Position numbers and translations under genes: made by a program
Notes under the pieces: model-generated
Databases searched by the model: none
What the model was told of the DNA's origin: nothing
Seen by the model: the letters and a program-made list of their open reading frames with translations, nothing else
In this document: positions 29,523 through 38,572 of the stretch, in pieces
Position numbering within the stretch: the first letter of the stretch is position 1
Layout: each line of letters begins with the position of its first letter
Assembly: GCA_040901985.1 (NCBI GenBank)
Contig: JBBDYC010000008.1
Span: forward strand, 144,490 to 208,489
Direction of reading: 5' to 3'
From: Gemmatimonadaceae bacterium
GTDB taxonomy: Bacteria; Gemmatimonadota; Gemmatimonadetes; Gemmatimonadales; Gemmatimonadaceae
Length of the DNA: 64,000 nucleotides

Positions 29523-31418
29523 GTGAGCGAATCCCGCCTCAGCCAGTCCGACGCCGAACTGCGCTCGCACGTCGTGCGGGTGCTCGACGCGCAGTACGAG
29601 GTGGAGAAGGAGGTCGGGCGCGGTGGGATGGGGATCGTGTACAAGGGACGCGACAGGCGGCTCAAGCGGCCGGTGGCGATCAAGGTCCTGCCCCCGGAGC
29701 TCGCGTTCCGCTCGGAGATCCGGTCGCGCTTCCTGCGCGAGGCGGAGATGGCGGCCCAGCTGAGCCATCCGCACATCGTGCCGATCTACTCGGTGGACGA
29801 GCGCGAGGGGCTCGTCTACTTCGTGATGGCGTTTGTCGAGGGGGAGAACCTCGGGACGCGCATCGCGACGCGCGGCCCGGTGCCGCCGGACGAGGCGCGT
29901 CGGATCCTCCGCGAGGTGGGTGACGCGTTGGCCTACGCGCACTCGCAGAACACCGTCCATCGCGACATCAAGCCGGACAATATCCTGCTCGACGCAACGA
30001 CCGGGCGCACGATGGTGACCGACTTCGGCATCGCGCGCGCGGTGAGCGAGGGCGCCGAGGCGAAGCTGACGGCGACCGGGATCGCAATCGGCACGCCGGC
30101 GTTCATGTCGCCCGAGCAGTCGGCGGGCGACCGCGACATTGATGGCCGCACCGACCTCTACTCGCTGGGGATCGTCGCCTACCAGATGCTCTGCGGCGAC
30201 CTCCCGTTCAACGCGACGAGCACCCCGGCGCTCCTCGTGAAGCATCTCTCGGAGCGGCCGGTCCCGATTGACCAGCGGGCGAACGTGCCGCCCGATCTCG
30301 CGCGGGCGGTGATGCTCTGCCTCGAGAAGAACCCCGAGGATCGCTTCCGCAATGCGCGGGAGTTCGTCCAGGCGCTGGAGACGGGCATCGTGCCGAGTCT
30401 GCCGGTGCGCGCGGGGACGGCGTATCCGCAATCCACGCCGTCGTGGACGCCGGTGGCGCCGATGGACCCCGACGCCCCGACGCCGGCGGAACTCGTGCGC
30501 TGGATGGACCCGAAGGTCATCGGGTTCCGGAAGGCGATCGCGCCGTTCCTCTTCGTGACCGGTGTGCTCTTTGTGATCTCGCTGATTGGCCCCAACCTGC
30601 TGATCATCTCGGCCTTCTGGGGCATCAGCGTCGCATACAAGTACGCACGCCTCTGGAGCGACGGCTATGACTGGCGCGACGTGTTCAAGCAGCCGCGCGA
30701 CAAGATGATCGTGGACGTGGCGGCGGAGACGCTCGACGACGCGAAGGCGATCTTCAGCCCGCAGAAGCGCGCCGAGGTGCGTGAGCGCGATCGTCGTCGC
30801 CGGCTGAGTGCGGGGACCGTCTCGCCGGAGTCCGGCGTGAACGCGCTCTCGACCGCCGATGCGGCAGCGCTCGGGTCGGGGCCCCACGCGGCGACGGCGC
30901 GCCAGGCGCTGCTGGACCGCGAGGAGGTGTTGCGCCTCGTGGAGACGTTACCCAAGGCGGATCAGGCGCGGATCCCGGACGTGGGGCCGACGGCGCGCCA
31001 GCTCGCCGAGAGCGTGCTCGGGCTGGCGTCGGCGCTGTCCACGCTCGAGGCCGAGGCCGGCACCGGGTCGCTGGCGGCGATGGGGCGGGAGATCACCACG
31101 CTCGAGGCGCAGGCCAATCCGCTCGACCACGCGGCGAGCGAGACGCGGGTCCGCCGGCTGGCCTCGCTCAAGCGCAACCGCCGGGCTGCCGCGGAGCTCG
31201 AGATGCGCCGCGGCGAGTACGCGGGGAAGCTCGAGAGCTGCGCGCTGGCGCTGCAGAACCTCAAGTACGACATCCTCCGGCTGAAGTCGGGAAACCAGAG
31301 CTGGCAGCACGTGACGTCGGTGGCCGAGGCGGCGATGCAGCTGGCGAAGGAAGTGGACAGCGCGGTGTACGTGGGGGATGCGATGTCCCGGCTGGAGCGT
31401 CCCGCGCGACGTGAGTGA
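29523..31418 (+). CDS. Ser/Thr protein kinase with a 2TM segment and C-terminal coiled coil
   Basis: GRGGMG, VAIK, HRDIKPDN, DFG, SPEQ; hydrophobic hairpin; helical C-terminus. Confidence 0.92.
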   Translation: MSESRLSQSDAELRSHVVRVLDAQYEVEKEVGRGGMGIVYKGRDRRLKRPVAIKVLPPELAFRSEIRSRFLREAEMAAQLSHPHIVPIYSVDEREGLVYFVMAFVEGENLGTRIATRGPVPPDEARRILREVGDALAYAHSQNTVHRDIKPDNILLDATTGRTMVTDFGIARAVSEGAEAKLTATGIAIGTPAFMSPEQSAGDRDIDGRTDLYSLGIVAYQMLCGDLPFNATSTPALLVKHLSERPVPIDQRANVPPDLARAVMLCLEKNPEDRFRNAREFVQALETGIVPSLPVRAGTAYPQSTPSWTPVAPMDPDAPTPAELVRWMDPKVIGFRKAIAPFLFVTGVLFVISLIGPNLLIISAFWGISVAYKYARLWSDGYDWRDVFKQPRDKMIVDVAAETLDDAKAIFSPQKRAEVRERDRRRRLSAGTVSPESGVNALSTADAAALGSGPHAATARQALLDREEVLRLVETLPKADQARIPDVGPTARQLAESVLGLASALSTLEAEAGTGSLAAMGREITTLEAQANPLDHAASETRVRRLASLKRNRRAAAELEMRRGEYAGKLESCALALQNLKYDILRLKSGNQSWQHVTSVAEAAMQLAKEVDSAVYVGDAMSRLERPARRE

Positions 31419-33414
31419 CGACCCACTCTTCGCACGGTGCGTGGCGGCGGTCGCGGGGCTCTATGAGATCGAGGCCGAGATCGGTCGCGGTGGGATGGCG
31501 GTGGTGTACCGGGCGCGCGACACCCGCCTCCGCCGCCGCGTCGCGCTGAAGGTCCTCCCGCCGGAGCTTGCCTACCGCGAGGAGGTGCGCACGCGATTCC
31601 TCCGCGAGGCCGAGATGGCGGCGCGGCTGTCGCACCCCCACATCGTCCCGATCCACTCGGTGGACGAGGCCAACGGCCTCGTCTACTTCGCAATGGGACT
31701 GGTCGAGGGAGAGTCACTCGCCGCGCGGTTGCACCGCGAGCCGCGCCCACCGGTCCCCGAGGTGCGGCGGATCCTGCGGGAGGTGGCCGACGCCCTCGAC
31801 TACGCGCATCAGCAGGGCGTGGTGCACCGCGACATCAAGCCCGACAACATCCTGCTCGAGCGGAGCAGTGGCCGCGCGCTCGTCACCGACTTCGGGATCG
31901 CCCGCGCCGCCGAGGGGGACCAGCGCCTGACGGCCACCGGGATCGCCGTCGGCACGCCGTCGTATATGAGCCCGGAACAGGCGATGGGCGAGCGCGAGGT
32001 GGATGGCCGCGCCGACCTCTATTCGCTGGGGATCGTCGGCTACCAGATGCTCGCCGGCGAGCTGCCGTTCCAGGCGACCAACACGCCGGCGATGCTGATG
32101 AAGCACCTCAGCGAGCGCCCGCGCCCGCTCGCGCAGGTGCGCGACGACCTGCCGCAGAACCTGGTCCTGGCCATCGAGACCGCGCTCGAGAAGGGCCGCG
32201 ACCAGCGGTGGTCGGACGCCGCGCTCTTCCGCGCCGCGCTGGCCGATGACGCGCCCTTGCCGGCGCCGCGCCGGAGCCGCGGTTCGGGCGCGATTCCCCT
32301 CGTGCCGGAGTCGGTCGAGCCGATCCCCGCCCTCGAGCGGATCAACGAGCTCCGCCAGCGCACACCCCTCCCTGCCCCCGCCTTCCCGCCGCTGCCGAAC
32401 GACTGGATGTTCGACCCGAGCACGCGCGAGCACGGGAAGGAGGCGCTCCGCCAGTGGCGCGAGGAGACGCGAAAGTGGAAGGAGCGGGTGCGGGGCCAGC
32501 CGCGGGCGGTGCGCGAGGAGTTGCGGGTCGCCGCGCAGTCGCTGAGCCACGTCCGGCTGCAGCAGCGCACGGCCGAGGAGCGGATCGCGCGGCTGCGGCG
32601 CAAGATCGGCGGCGCGGCGGCGGCGATTGCAGTGATGACCGTGATCAACCTCGTCACGTCGCCGGGCTTCCCCTGGGTGCTCTTCCCGGCGCTCGCGTTC
32701 GGCTTTGGCATTGCGAAGGGGTTCAGCGACCTCTGGGCCGACGGGATTCCGTTACGCGACGTCTTTCGCAGCCCGGCCCGGCCGCGGCACCGCGGCGACG
32801 AGCAGCCGCTCGGCCGACTCGAGGCGCGACTCCCGGCGCCGGCGGCCTCGTCGGTCGCCGAGGCAGTGCTCGACAGCGTGCCGGCCGAGGTGCTCGACGG
32901 TCCCCGGGGCCCGGTAGTCCGCGAGGCCTATGAGGCACGGGCGCAGATCCGTGCGCTTCTTGCCCGCCTCCAGGCGAGCGAGAAGTCACTGCTCCCGGAG
33001 ATCCTCCCCACCGTCGAGGCGCTTGTCGAGCGCGCGCGGACGCTGGCGATTGCCCTCCATTCGCTCGACGAGGATGCCTCGCCGGAGGCGCTGGTGCGCC
33101 TGCAACGACGCCTCTCAGAGGCCGAGGCGCAACCGGAAGACGCGCCCGAGCGGGCGCGCCACGTAGACCTCCTCCGCCGCCAGCTGAGCACCCTCACCGA
33201 GCTCGCCGAGCGGCGCACCGAGCTGGCCCGCCAGCAGGATCACGCGGTGCTCGTACTCGGGACGATGAAGCTCGACCTGATGAAGTTGCGCAACTCGGGC
33301 ATCGCCGCGCGACTGTCCGATCAGGGGCCGCTCACTGAGGAGATGCGTGCGCTCGCGCGCGATGTGCAGCGCGTCGCCGAGGCGGTGGACGAGTCACGCG
33401 AGCCGCGCAAGTAG
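31411..33414 (+). CDS. Paralogous Ser/Thr protein kinase with a 2TM segment and C-terminal coiled coil
   Basis: GRGGMA, VALK, HRDIKPDN, DFG, SPEQ; INLVTSPGFPWVLFP 2TM-like motif. Confidence 0.92.
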   Translation: MSDDPLFARCVAAVAGLYEIEAEIGRGGMAVVYRARDTRLRRRVALKVLPPELAYREEVRTRFLREAEMAARLSHPHIVPIHSVDEANGLVYFAMGLVEGESLAARLHREPRPPVPEVRRILREVADALDYAHQQGVVHRDIKPDNILLERSSGRALVTDFGIARAAEGDQRLTATGIAVGTPSYMSPEQAMGEREVDGRADLYSLGIVGYQMLAGELPFQATNTPAMLMKHLSERPRPLAQVRDDLPQNLVLAIETALEKGRDQRWSDAALFRAALADDAPLPAPRRSRGSGAIPLVPESVEPIPALERINELRQRTPLPAPAFPPLPNDWMFDPSTREHGKEALRQWREETRKWKERVRGQPRAVREELRVAAQSLSHVRLQQRTAEERIARLRRKIGGAAAAIAVMTVINLVTSPGFPWVLFPALAFGFGIAKGFSDLWADGIPLRDVFRSPARPRHRGDEQPLGRLEARLPAPAASSVAEAVLDSVPAEVLDGPRGPVVREAYEARAQIRALLARLQASEKSLLPEILPTVEALVERARTLAIALHSLDEDASPEALVRLQRRLSEAEAQPEDAPERARHVDLLRRQLSTLTELAERRTELARQQDHAVLVLGTMKLDLMKLRNSGIAARLSDQGPLTEEMRALARDVQRVAEAVDESREPRK

Positions 33415-34227
33415 GGCATCGAGCGAGCGGCGCAGTTGGTCCGGCGAATCCTCCGGCACGAAATGCGCGGCGCCAGCGATGACCTCGAAGGTCGCCCCGG
33501 GTATCGCCGCGGCAAGTCGCGCGCCCTGGGCCACCGGGTAGAAGGGGTCGTCGTGGCCCCAGATCACGGCTGCCGGGATGCGCAGCTCGCCTAGCCGAGC
33601 CGACCACTCGGCGGTGCCGCACTCGCCGAGAGCGGCAAGATGCCTGGCCAACGCGTCGCGACCGGCGCGGGTGGTAAAAGCGTGGAGGCAGGTGTCGAGC
33701 GTGAGGTGGCTCCTGTCGGTGTCGGCGAAGCCGCGGCGCACGCCGCCATGCACCAGGCTGGCCAGGAGTCCGGGCGGCGCGCGACGGGCAAGCGGGCCGA
33801 TCGCCCGGGCCACCCGGGCCATCCGGCGCGGCGGAATCCCGAACCCGGCGCTGCCGACCAGTGCCAGCGCCGAGACGCGCTCTGGCCACTGTACGGCGAC
33901 CGCCTGGGCCACCCCGCCCCCCAAGCCGTGGCCGACCAGGCAGGCGCGGGCGATACGGAGCTCGTCGAGCAGGGAGAGGACCGCACGCGCGTGCGCCCCG
34001 CAGCCGGCCGACCCACCTTCTCTCGGAAGCGGGTCGCTCCTCCCGTAGCCCGGGAGGTCCAGGACTACGAGCCGATGCCCCGCCGGGAAGTCGCGGACCA
34101 CCGCGTGCCAGAGTCGCGACGACGTGGGGAATCCGTGGAGGAAGACGACCGGGTCTCCGGCCCCGCGCGACCCCGCCGCGTAGTAGTAGAGCCGCCGTCC
34201 ACCGATATCCACGAACTCACCGCGCAT
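33394..34227 (-). CDS. Alpha/beta-hydrolase fold protein lacking the nucleophile
   Basis: FLHGFP, DLPGYGRS, GHGLGG elbow, WGHDDP, AHFVPED. Confidence 0.85.
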   Translation of the reverse strand: MRGEFVDIGGRRLYYYAAGSRGAGDPVVFLHGFPTSSRLWHAVVRDFPAGHRLVVLDLPGYGRSDPLPREGGSAGCGAHARAVLSLLDELRIARACLVGHGLGGGVAQAVAVQWPERVSALALVGSAGFGIPPRRMARVARAIGPLARRAPPGLLASLVHGGVRRGFADTDRSHLTLDTCLHAFTTRAGRDALARHLAALGECGTAEWSARLGELRIPAAVIWGHDDPFYPVAQGARLAAAIPGATFEVIAGAAHFVPEDSPDQLRRSLDALLARLA

Positions 34228-34363
34228 TGCTGGCAATCTGGCGCTTTCCGCGCAAAAGGGTATCCTTTACGGCTTCGGTGGGGTCCGACTTTTGTGCATA
34301 AGCCCCAACTTGTTGTCTCATAAGGCGTTAGCTAAGGATTTTCGTTTGACCATACCGATCGTT

Positions 34364-35485
34364 GTGCCGGCGTCGATCTTCGCGCCGCCGCCGCCGCCGC
34401 AGCCGACCGTCGATTTTGCGCTTGAGTGGCTGTTGAGCCACGCGTCACCGCCAATCCAGTACCGGGCGGCGATGGACGTCGCCAAACTCGGGTCGTCGGT
34501 CCCGCCGGATTTCGCCCTCATCCCGTACGGCTACGCGCCGGCAATCGAACTCGGCGTGCAGGCGTCGTCGGCGGGCATCTGGAACGACGCGATGCTCACA
34601 CTTCCGACGCAGCGGGCCGAGCATTTCGAGGGCATCGGGACGATCCCTGCCTATCGGCGACTGCTTGAGTACGGCTGGGACAAGGACGGGCCGGCGCTCT
34701 ACCACGCGCGGCGGAACCTCTTCCGCCTGCTCGCCGAGGACAGCGAGCGCGAGCAGCTGTACGAGCTCGCGCCGACGCGTCCGCGCGTGGAGCCGGAGTA
34801 CCTCCAGGCGCAGCGACAGTTGTTGCGCGAGGCGGCGGGCGCCGCGCTCGCCTCGGCGGGGTTCGAGAGCGACCCGCGGCTGCGCGGTCTCGCCCGACGG
34901 ACGATCGACCGAATTGCCGAGTTCCTCCGCTCACCGCTCGCCGAGAAGCCGTGGATCCGGGTGGGGAATCGCCAGGTGCTGCACCCGGACGCATCCCCGC
35001 CGTCCATCTACGCGCTGCACCTGATCGCCCATATGCCGCTCTTCCAGAGCGAGCACTACGAGGCGATGGAGCTGCTCTACGCCTATCTTACGCGGCCGTT
35101 GCCGCGTCAGGAGTCGGTGCAACAGGTCGGGTCGCACCTCGTGCCGATGCCGTACGTCGTCCTCGGCGACCGCCTGCCGCATCGCAACGCCGTCGAGGCC
35201 GACGTGCCGTTCGCACTGGCGTGGCTTGAGCTGGTGGCGCGGCTCGGCTACCTCCGCCGCAACGAGACGTGGACGAAGATGTACGAGCGCTTCGTGGACG
35301 ACTGCGGGCGCGACGGCGTCTGGCATCCGCACAAGGGGATGGCGATGCCGAAGAGCTCCGATCCGTACGTCTGGCCGATGTATCCGCTCGAACAGACTCA
35401 CGGTGGGGACGAGCGGTGGGCCGATGTGACGTTCCGGGTCGGTCTCATCGCGCGGCTCTCGGGACGCCCGATCAACCTGGTCTGA
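34364..35485 (+). CDS. Hypothetical all-alpha protein, possibly prenyltransferase/terpene-cyclase-like toroid
   Basis: ALEWLL...IQYR N-terminus and DGVW QW-like motif. Start uncertain (ORF is open from 34292). Confidence 0.6.
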   Translation: MPASIFAPPPPPQPTVDFALEWLLSHASPPIQYRAAMDVAKLGSSVPPDFALIPYGYAPAIELGVQASSAGIWNDAMLTLPTQRAEHFEGIGTIPAYRRLLEYGWDKDGPALYHARRNLFRLLAEDSEREQLYELAPTRPRVEPEYLQAQRQLLREAAGAALASAGFESDPRLRGLARRTIDRIAEFLRSPLAEKPWIRVGNRQVLHPDASPPSIYALHLIAHMPLFQSEHYEAMELLYAYLTRPLPRQESVQQVGSHLVPMPYVVLGDRLPHRNAVEADVPFALAWLELVARLGYLRRNETWTKMYERFVDDCGRDGVWHPHKGMAMPKSSDPYVWPMYPLEQTHGGDERWADVTFRVGLIARLSGRPINLV

Positions 35486-35507
35486 CGGTCGGCCGGGGCG
35501 CGGTCGC

Positions 35508-36383
35508 GTGGCCAATCGCCTGCCGATCGACGAGTGGTTCCCCGCCGGGGTGCCGGGGATTCGCGTGCGGCGCGTCCGCGACGCCGATGGCCTGACGCTT
35601 CGCGTCCTCGAGGCCGGCCCGGCCGCCGGTCCGCCGGTGTTGCTGCTGCACGGCTGGGCGGTGACGGCCTATCTCTGGCGGCACAACATCCTCGCGCTGG
35701 CGGCGGCGGGACATCGCGTCGTCGCGCCGGACCTCCACGGGCACGGGCTCTCCGATGCGCCGGCGGCGCCGGGGAGCTACCGCCTCGAGGCGTTCGTCCG
35801 CTCGGTGCTCGGGCTGATGGACGCGCTGGCGCTCCCGCGCGCGGCGATTGTTGCGCAGTCAATGGCCGCCAAGGTCGCGGTGCAGCTGGCGTTCGACGCG
35901 CCGGCGCGCGTGTCGCGGCTGGTGCTCTTCGGCGCCGTGGGGTTTGGATTGGTGCCGCCCTGGCGCGCGCTCGCGCCGCTGCTGCCGGCGCCGCCGGGCG
36001 ACCTCCCCTCGAAGCTCGTGCCGCGCCAGCTGGTGGCCTTCGTGCAGCGGCGCGTGTATGGCAAGCTCGGGTGGTTCACCGAGCGCGACGTGGACGAGTA
36101 CTGGGCACCGACGCAGTTTCCGGCGGTGGTGCGCGCGGCGCTCCAGATGCTGCGGGAGTTCCCGTGGTCGCTCTGGGAGGCGGCGCCACTCGCGCGGCTG
36201 ACGACGCCGACGCACTTGATCTTCGGGACGCGGGATCGGACAGTGCGGCCCGGCCAGGCGAAGCGTCTCGCGGCAGCGCTCCCCCACGGGAGGCTCACCT
36301 GGATCGTGGACGGCGGCCACGTGGTGATGGAGGAAGTGCCGGATCGGGTGAACGCAATGTTATTGGCTGACCTCGCCGACTAG
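35508..36383 (+). CDS. Alpha/beta hydrolase
   Basis: LLHGW, PDLHGHGLSD, AQSMA (Ser nucleophile), GTRD, GGH. Confidence 0.85.
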   Translation: MANRLPIDEWFPAGVPGIRVRRVRDADGLTLRVLEAGPAAGPPVLLLHGWAVTAYLWRHNILALAAAGHRVVAPDLHGHGLSDAPAAPGSYRLEAFVRSVLGLMDALALPRAAIVAQSMAAKVAVQLAFDAPARVSRLVLFGAVGFGLVPPWRALAPLLPAPPGDLPSKLVPRQLVAFVQRRVYGKLGWFTERDVDEYWAPTQFPAVVRAALQMLREFPWSLWEAAPLARLTTPTHLIFGTRDRTVRPGQAKRLAAALPHGRLTWIVDGGHVVMEEVPDRVNAMLLADLAD

Positions 36384-36393
36384 GTTTCGGGGG

Positions 36394-37596
36394 ATGCCAA
36401 CGAAACAAAAGGTCGCGGAGGACGTGGCGACACCGACGCTCGCCCAGGCGGAAGCGAGCACGATCGAGATCACGTTCGCCGACCTCGGCCTGAGCGACCC
36501 GATGCTCGCGTCGCTGGTCGCGGCGGGCTACGAGCGGCCGACGCCGATCCAGGCGCAGGCGGTGCCGCTCGCGCTCCAGGGGCGCGACCTGATGGGGCTC
36601 GCGCAGACGGGCACCGGGAAGACCGCCGCATTCACCATCCCGATCATCGAGCGGCTGATGGGCGGACCGAAGCGGACGCGCGCGCTGATCCTCACGCCGA
36701 CGCGCGAGCTCTGCCAGCAGGTGGAGGCGAGCATCCGCAAGTACGGCCAGGGCACGGGGCTCGAGGTCGTCTCGGTGTACGGTGGCGTCGGGTACGACAC
36801 CCAGGTCGAGGCGTTGCGCGGGGGGGTGGACGTGATCGTCGCGACGCCGGGCCGGTTGATAGACCACCTCGAGAAGCAGAACGTGGTGTTCGACGACATC
36901 GAGGTCCTCGTGCTCGACGAGGCGGACCGGATGCTCGATATGGGGTTCGCGCCGCAGATCAACCGGATCGTCGCGGCGATCCATCCCTACCGGCAGACGC
37001 TCCTCTTCTCGGCGACGATGCCGCCCGAGGTCGAGGCGCTGGCGCGGAAGTACCTGCGGAAACCGGTGGTGGTGCAGGTCGGGCGGCGGTCGGCGGCGGC
37101 GAGCACCGTGCGCCACTACGTCTACCCGGTGCCGAAGCACAAGAAGACCGAGCTCCTGACACACCTGCTCGGCGAGATGCTGGCGAACGATTCGGTGCTG
37201 GTGTTCACGCGGACCAAGCACGGCGCCGACAAGGTCGTGCGGCACGTGCTGGACGCCGGGTTCAAGGCCGACGCGCTGCACGCCGACAAGACCCAGGCAC
37301 AGCGGGAGCTGGCGCTGCAGCGGTTCAAGGACGGCAAGGTGCAGGTGCTCGTCGCGACGGACATCGCCCAGCGCGGCCTCGACATCACGGGGATCTCCCA
37401 CGTGATCAACTACGACGTGCCGCAGCAGGCCGAGGACTACGTGCATCGGATCGGGCGCACGGGCCGCGCGGCGAAGGAGGGGGACGCGTTCACGTTCATG
37501 TGCGCCGACGAGATCGGGATGGTGCGGACGATCGAGCGGATGGTGGGCCAGGAGATTCCGCGGATCTCGGTCATCGGGTATGACTTCGGGACTTGA
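36394..37596 (+). CDS. DEAD-box RNA helicase (RhlE-like)
   Basis: PTPIQ, AQTGTGKT, PTREL, DEAD, SAT, HRIGRTGR. Confidence 0.95.
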   Translation: MPTKQKVAEDVATPTLAQAEASTIEITFADLGLSDPMLASLVAAGYERPTPIQAQAVPLALQGRDLMGLAQTGTGKTAAFTIPIIERLMGGPKRTRALILTPTRELCQQVEASIRKYGQGTGLEVVSVYGGVGYDTQVEALRGGVDVIVATPGRLIDHLEKQNVVFDDIEVLVLDEADRMLDMGFAPQINRIVAAIHPYRQTLLFSATMPPEVEALARKYLRKPVVVQVGRRSAAASTVRHYVYPVPKHKKTELLTHLLGEMLANDSVLVFTRTKHGADKVVRHVLDAGFKADALHADKTQAQRELALQRFKDGKVQVLVATDIAQRGLDITGISHVINYDVPQQAEDYVHRIGRTGRAAKEGDAFTFMCADEIGMVRTIERMVGQEIPRISVIGYDFGT

Positions 37597-37607
37597 ACCA
37601 CCTGCCG

Positions 37608-38033
37608 TCACCACGATGTCCGCATCCGTCCGAGCCGACTGACGGTCAGCGTCTCGGCGCGTGCGCCGATCGTGAGGACGATTGTCGAGTTCGCCACGCC
37701 GTAGCCGAGTCCTGATGGGGCGTAGGTGACTGTGTCGCGCGAGGCGCGGAGGGCGACGCGGTGCAGCCGGGCGAGCTGGCGGAGGAGCAGGGTGTCGCCC
37801 GCGCTTTCGACGCGGACGCTCCCCGCCGCTTCGTCCACGATGAGCCGGGCGGAGGCGCCGCGGCGGATGGCGGCGGCACGGGCGAGGGTGAGTGCGCCGG
37901 CCACCTCGTGCGCCGCCTGGCGGAGCCGGAGTCCGTCGAGGACATACTGCGCGCGCGGGATGCCGATCCCGGCGACGAGCGCGGTGAAGGTGCAGACGAC
38001 GATCAGCTCGGCGAGGGTGACCCCGGGGCGCAT
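37608..38033 (-). CDS. GspH/FimT-family prepilin-like protein
   Basis: G|VTLAELIVV prepilin cleavage motif; ARAAAIRRG; YAPSG. Confidence 0.8.
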   Translation of the reverse strand: MRPGVTLAELIVVCTFTALVAGIGIPRAQYVLDGLRLRQAAHEVAGALTLARAAAIRRGASARLIVDEAAGSVRVESAGDTLLLRQLARLHRVALRASRDTVTYAPSGLGYGVANSTIVLTIGARAETLTVSRLGRMRTSW

Positions 38034-38161
38034 TGGCGGCCTCCTGAACGGGCGGACGGGACGCGCGCAGGGTAGGTAGATTCTTCCACGCGACCGGCAC
38101 CCCGCCGCCGCACGCCGGTGCGCGCCGTTGCGCCGCCCCCCCCCCAGCTCGGACCGCGCCG

Positions 38162-38419
38162 ATGCCCTCGCTCACCGCCCGTCTCCGCGCCTTGGCCGTT
38201 GCCGTCGTTTTCGCCGGCGCTTGCTACACCGACCCGCAGCAGCAGCTGGACCAGGCGCAGCAGCTGACCGACCTCGCCGACATCCTGAACGACCTCACCC
38301 TGCGGACCACGGAACTGCAGTTCACGCTCGACTCGCTCCGCGGCGTCGTGGCGCGCCAGGACAGCACGATTGCGCGTCTGGCGAACCTGGCCGGCGTGGA
38401 CTACCGAACGCTGAGATGA
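38162..38419 (+). CDS. Small coiled-coil lipoprotein
   Basis: AGAC lipobox-like sequence then a heptad-rich helix. Confidence 0.7.
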   Translation: MPSLTARLRALAVAVVFAGACYTDPQQQLDQAQQLTDLADILNDLTLRTTELQFTLDSLRGVVARQDSTIARLANLAGVDYRTLR

Positions 38420-38421
38420 CG

Positions 38422-38456
38422 GGTGACAGCCGACAGGTGAGAGGTGAGAGGTAACA
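38422..38456 (-). repeat. Degenerate heptamer array, reverse orientation
   Basis: ggtgaca gccgaca ggtgaga ggtgaga ggtaaca. Confidence 0.75.
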
Positions 38457-38541
38457 TAGGAGACGGGAGAGCCCTCGCGGTTGTCCATCCCCTCCCGCGG
38501 CACCACCTTACTGTTCCAAGGGACTTAGCGCGGCGACGCCC

Positions 38542-38564
38542 TCCCACCTCCCACCTCCCACCTG
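38542..38564 (+). repeat. Heptamer array (TCCCACC)x3 before pfkA
   Basis: tcccacc x3, then tgtagtccag, then ATG 38573. Confidence 0.85.
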
Positions 38565-38572
38565 TAGTCCAG

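Noticed and set aside
34300..34335. Loose AACTT/GACTTA-type motif also seen near 11690, 29380 and 38520
   Set aside because: The similarity is too degenerate to support by eye without a genome-wide motif search.
36295..38175. Long antisense or alternate-frame ORFs (also 2841-4478, 19301-21154, 26828-28459, 49339-50892, 54962-56344)
   Set aside because: They are shadows of well-supported genes in high-GC DNA and show no recognisable motifs.
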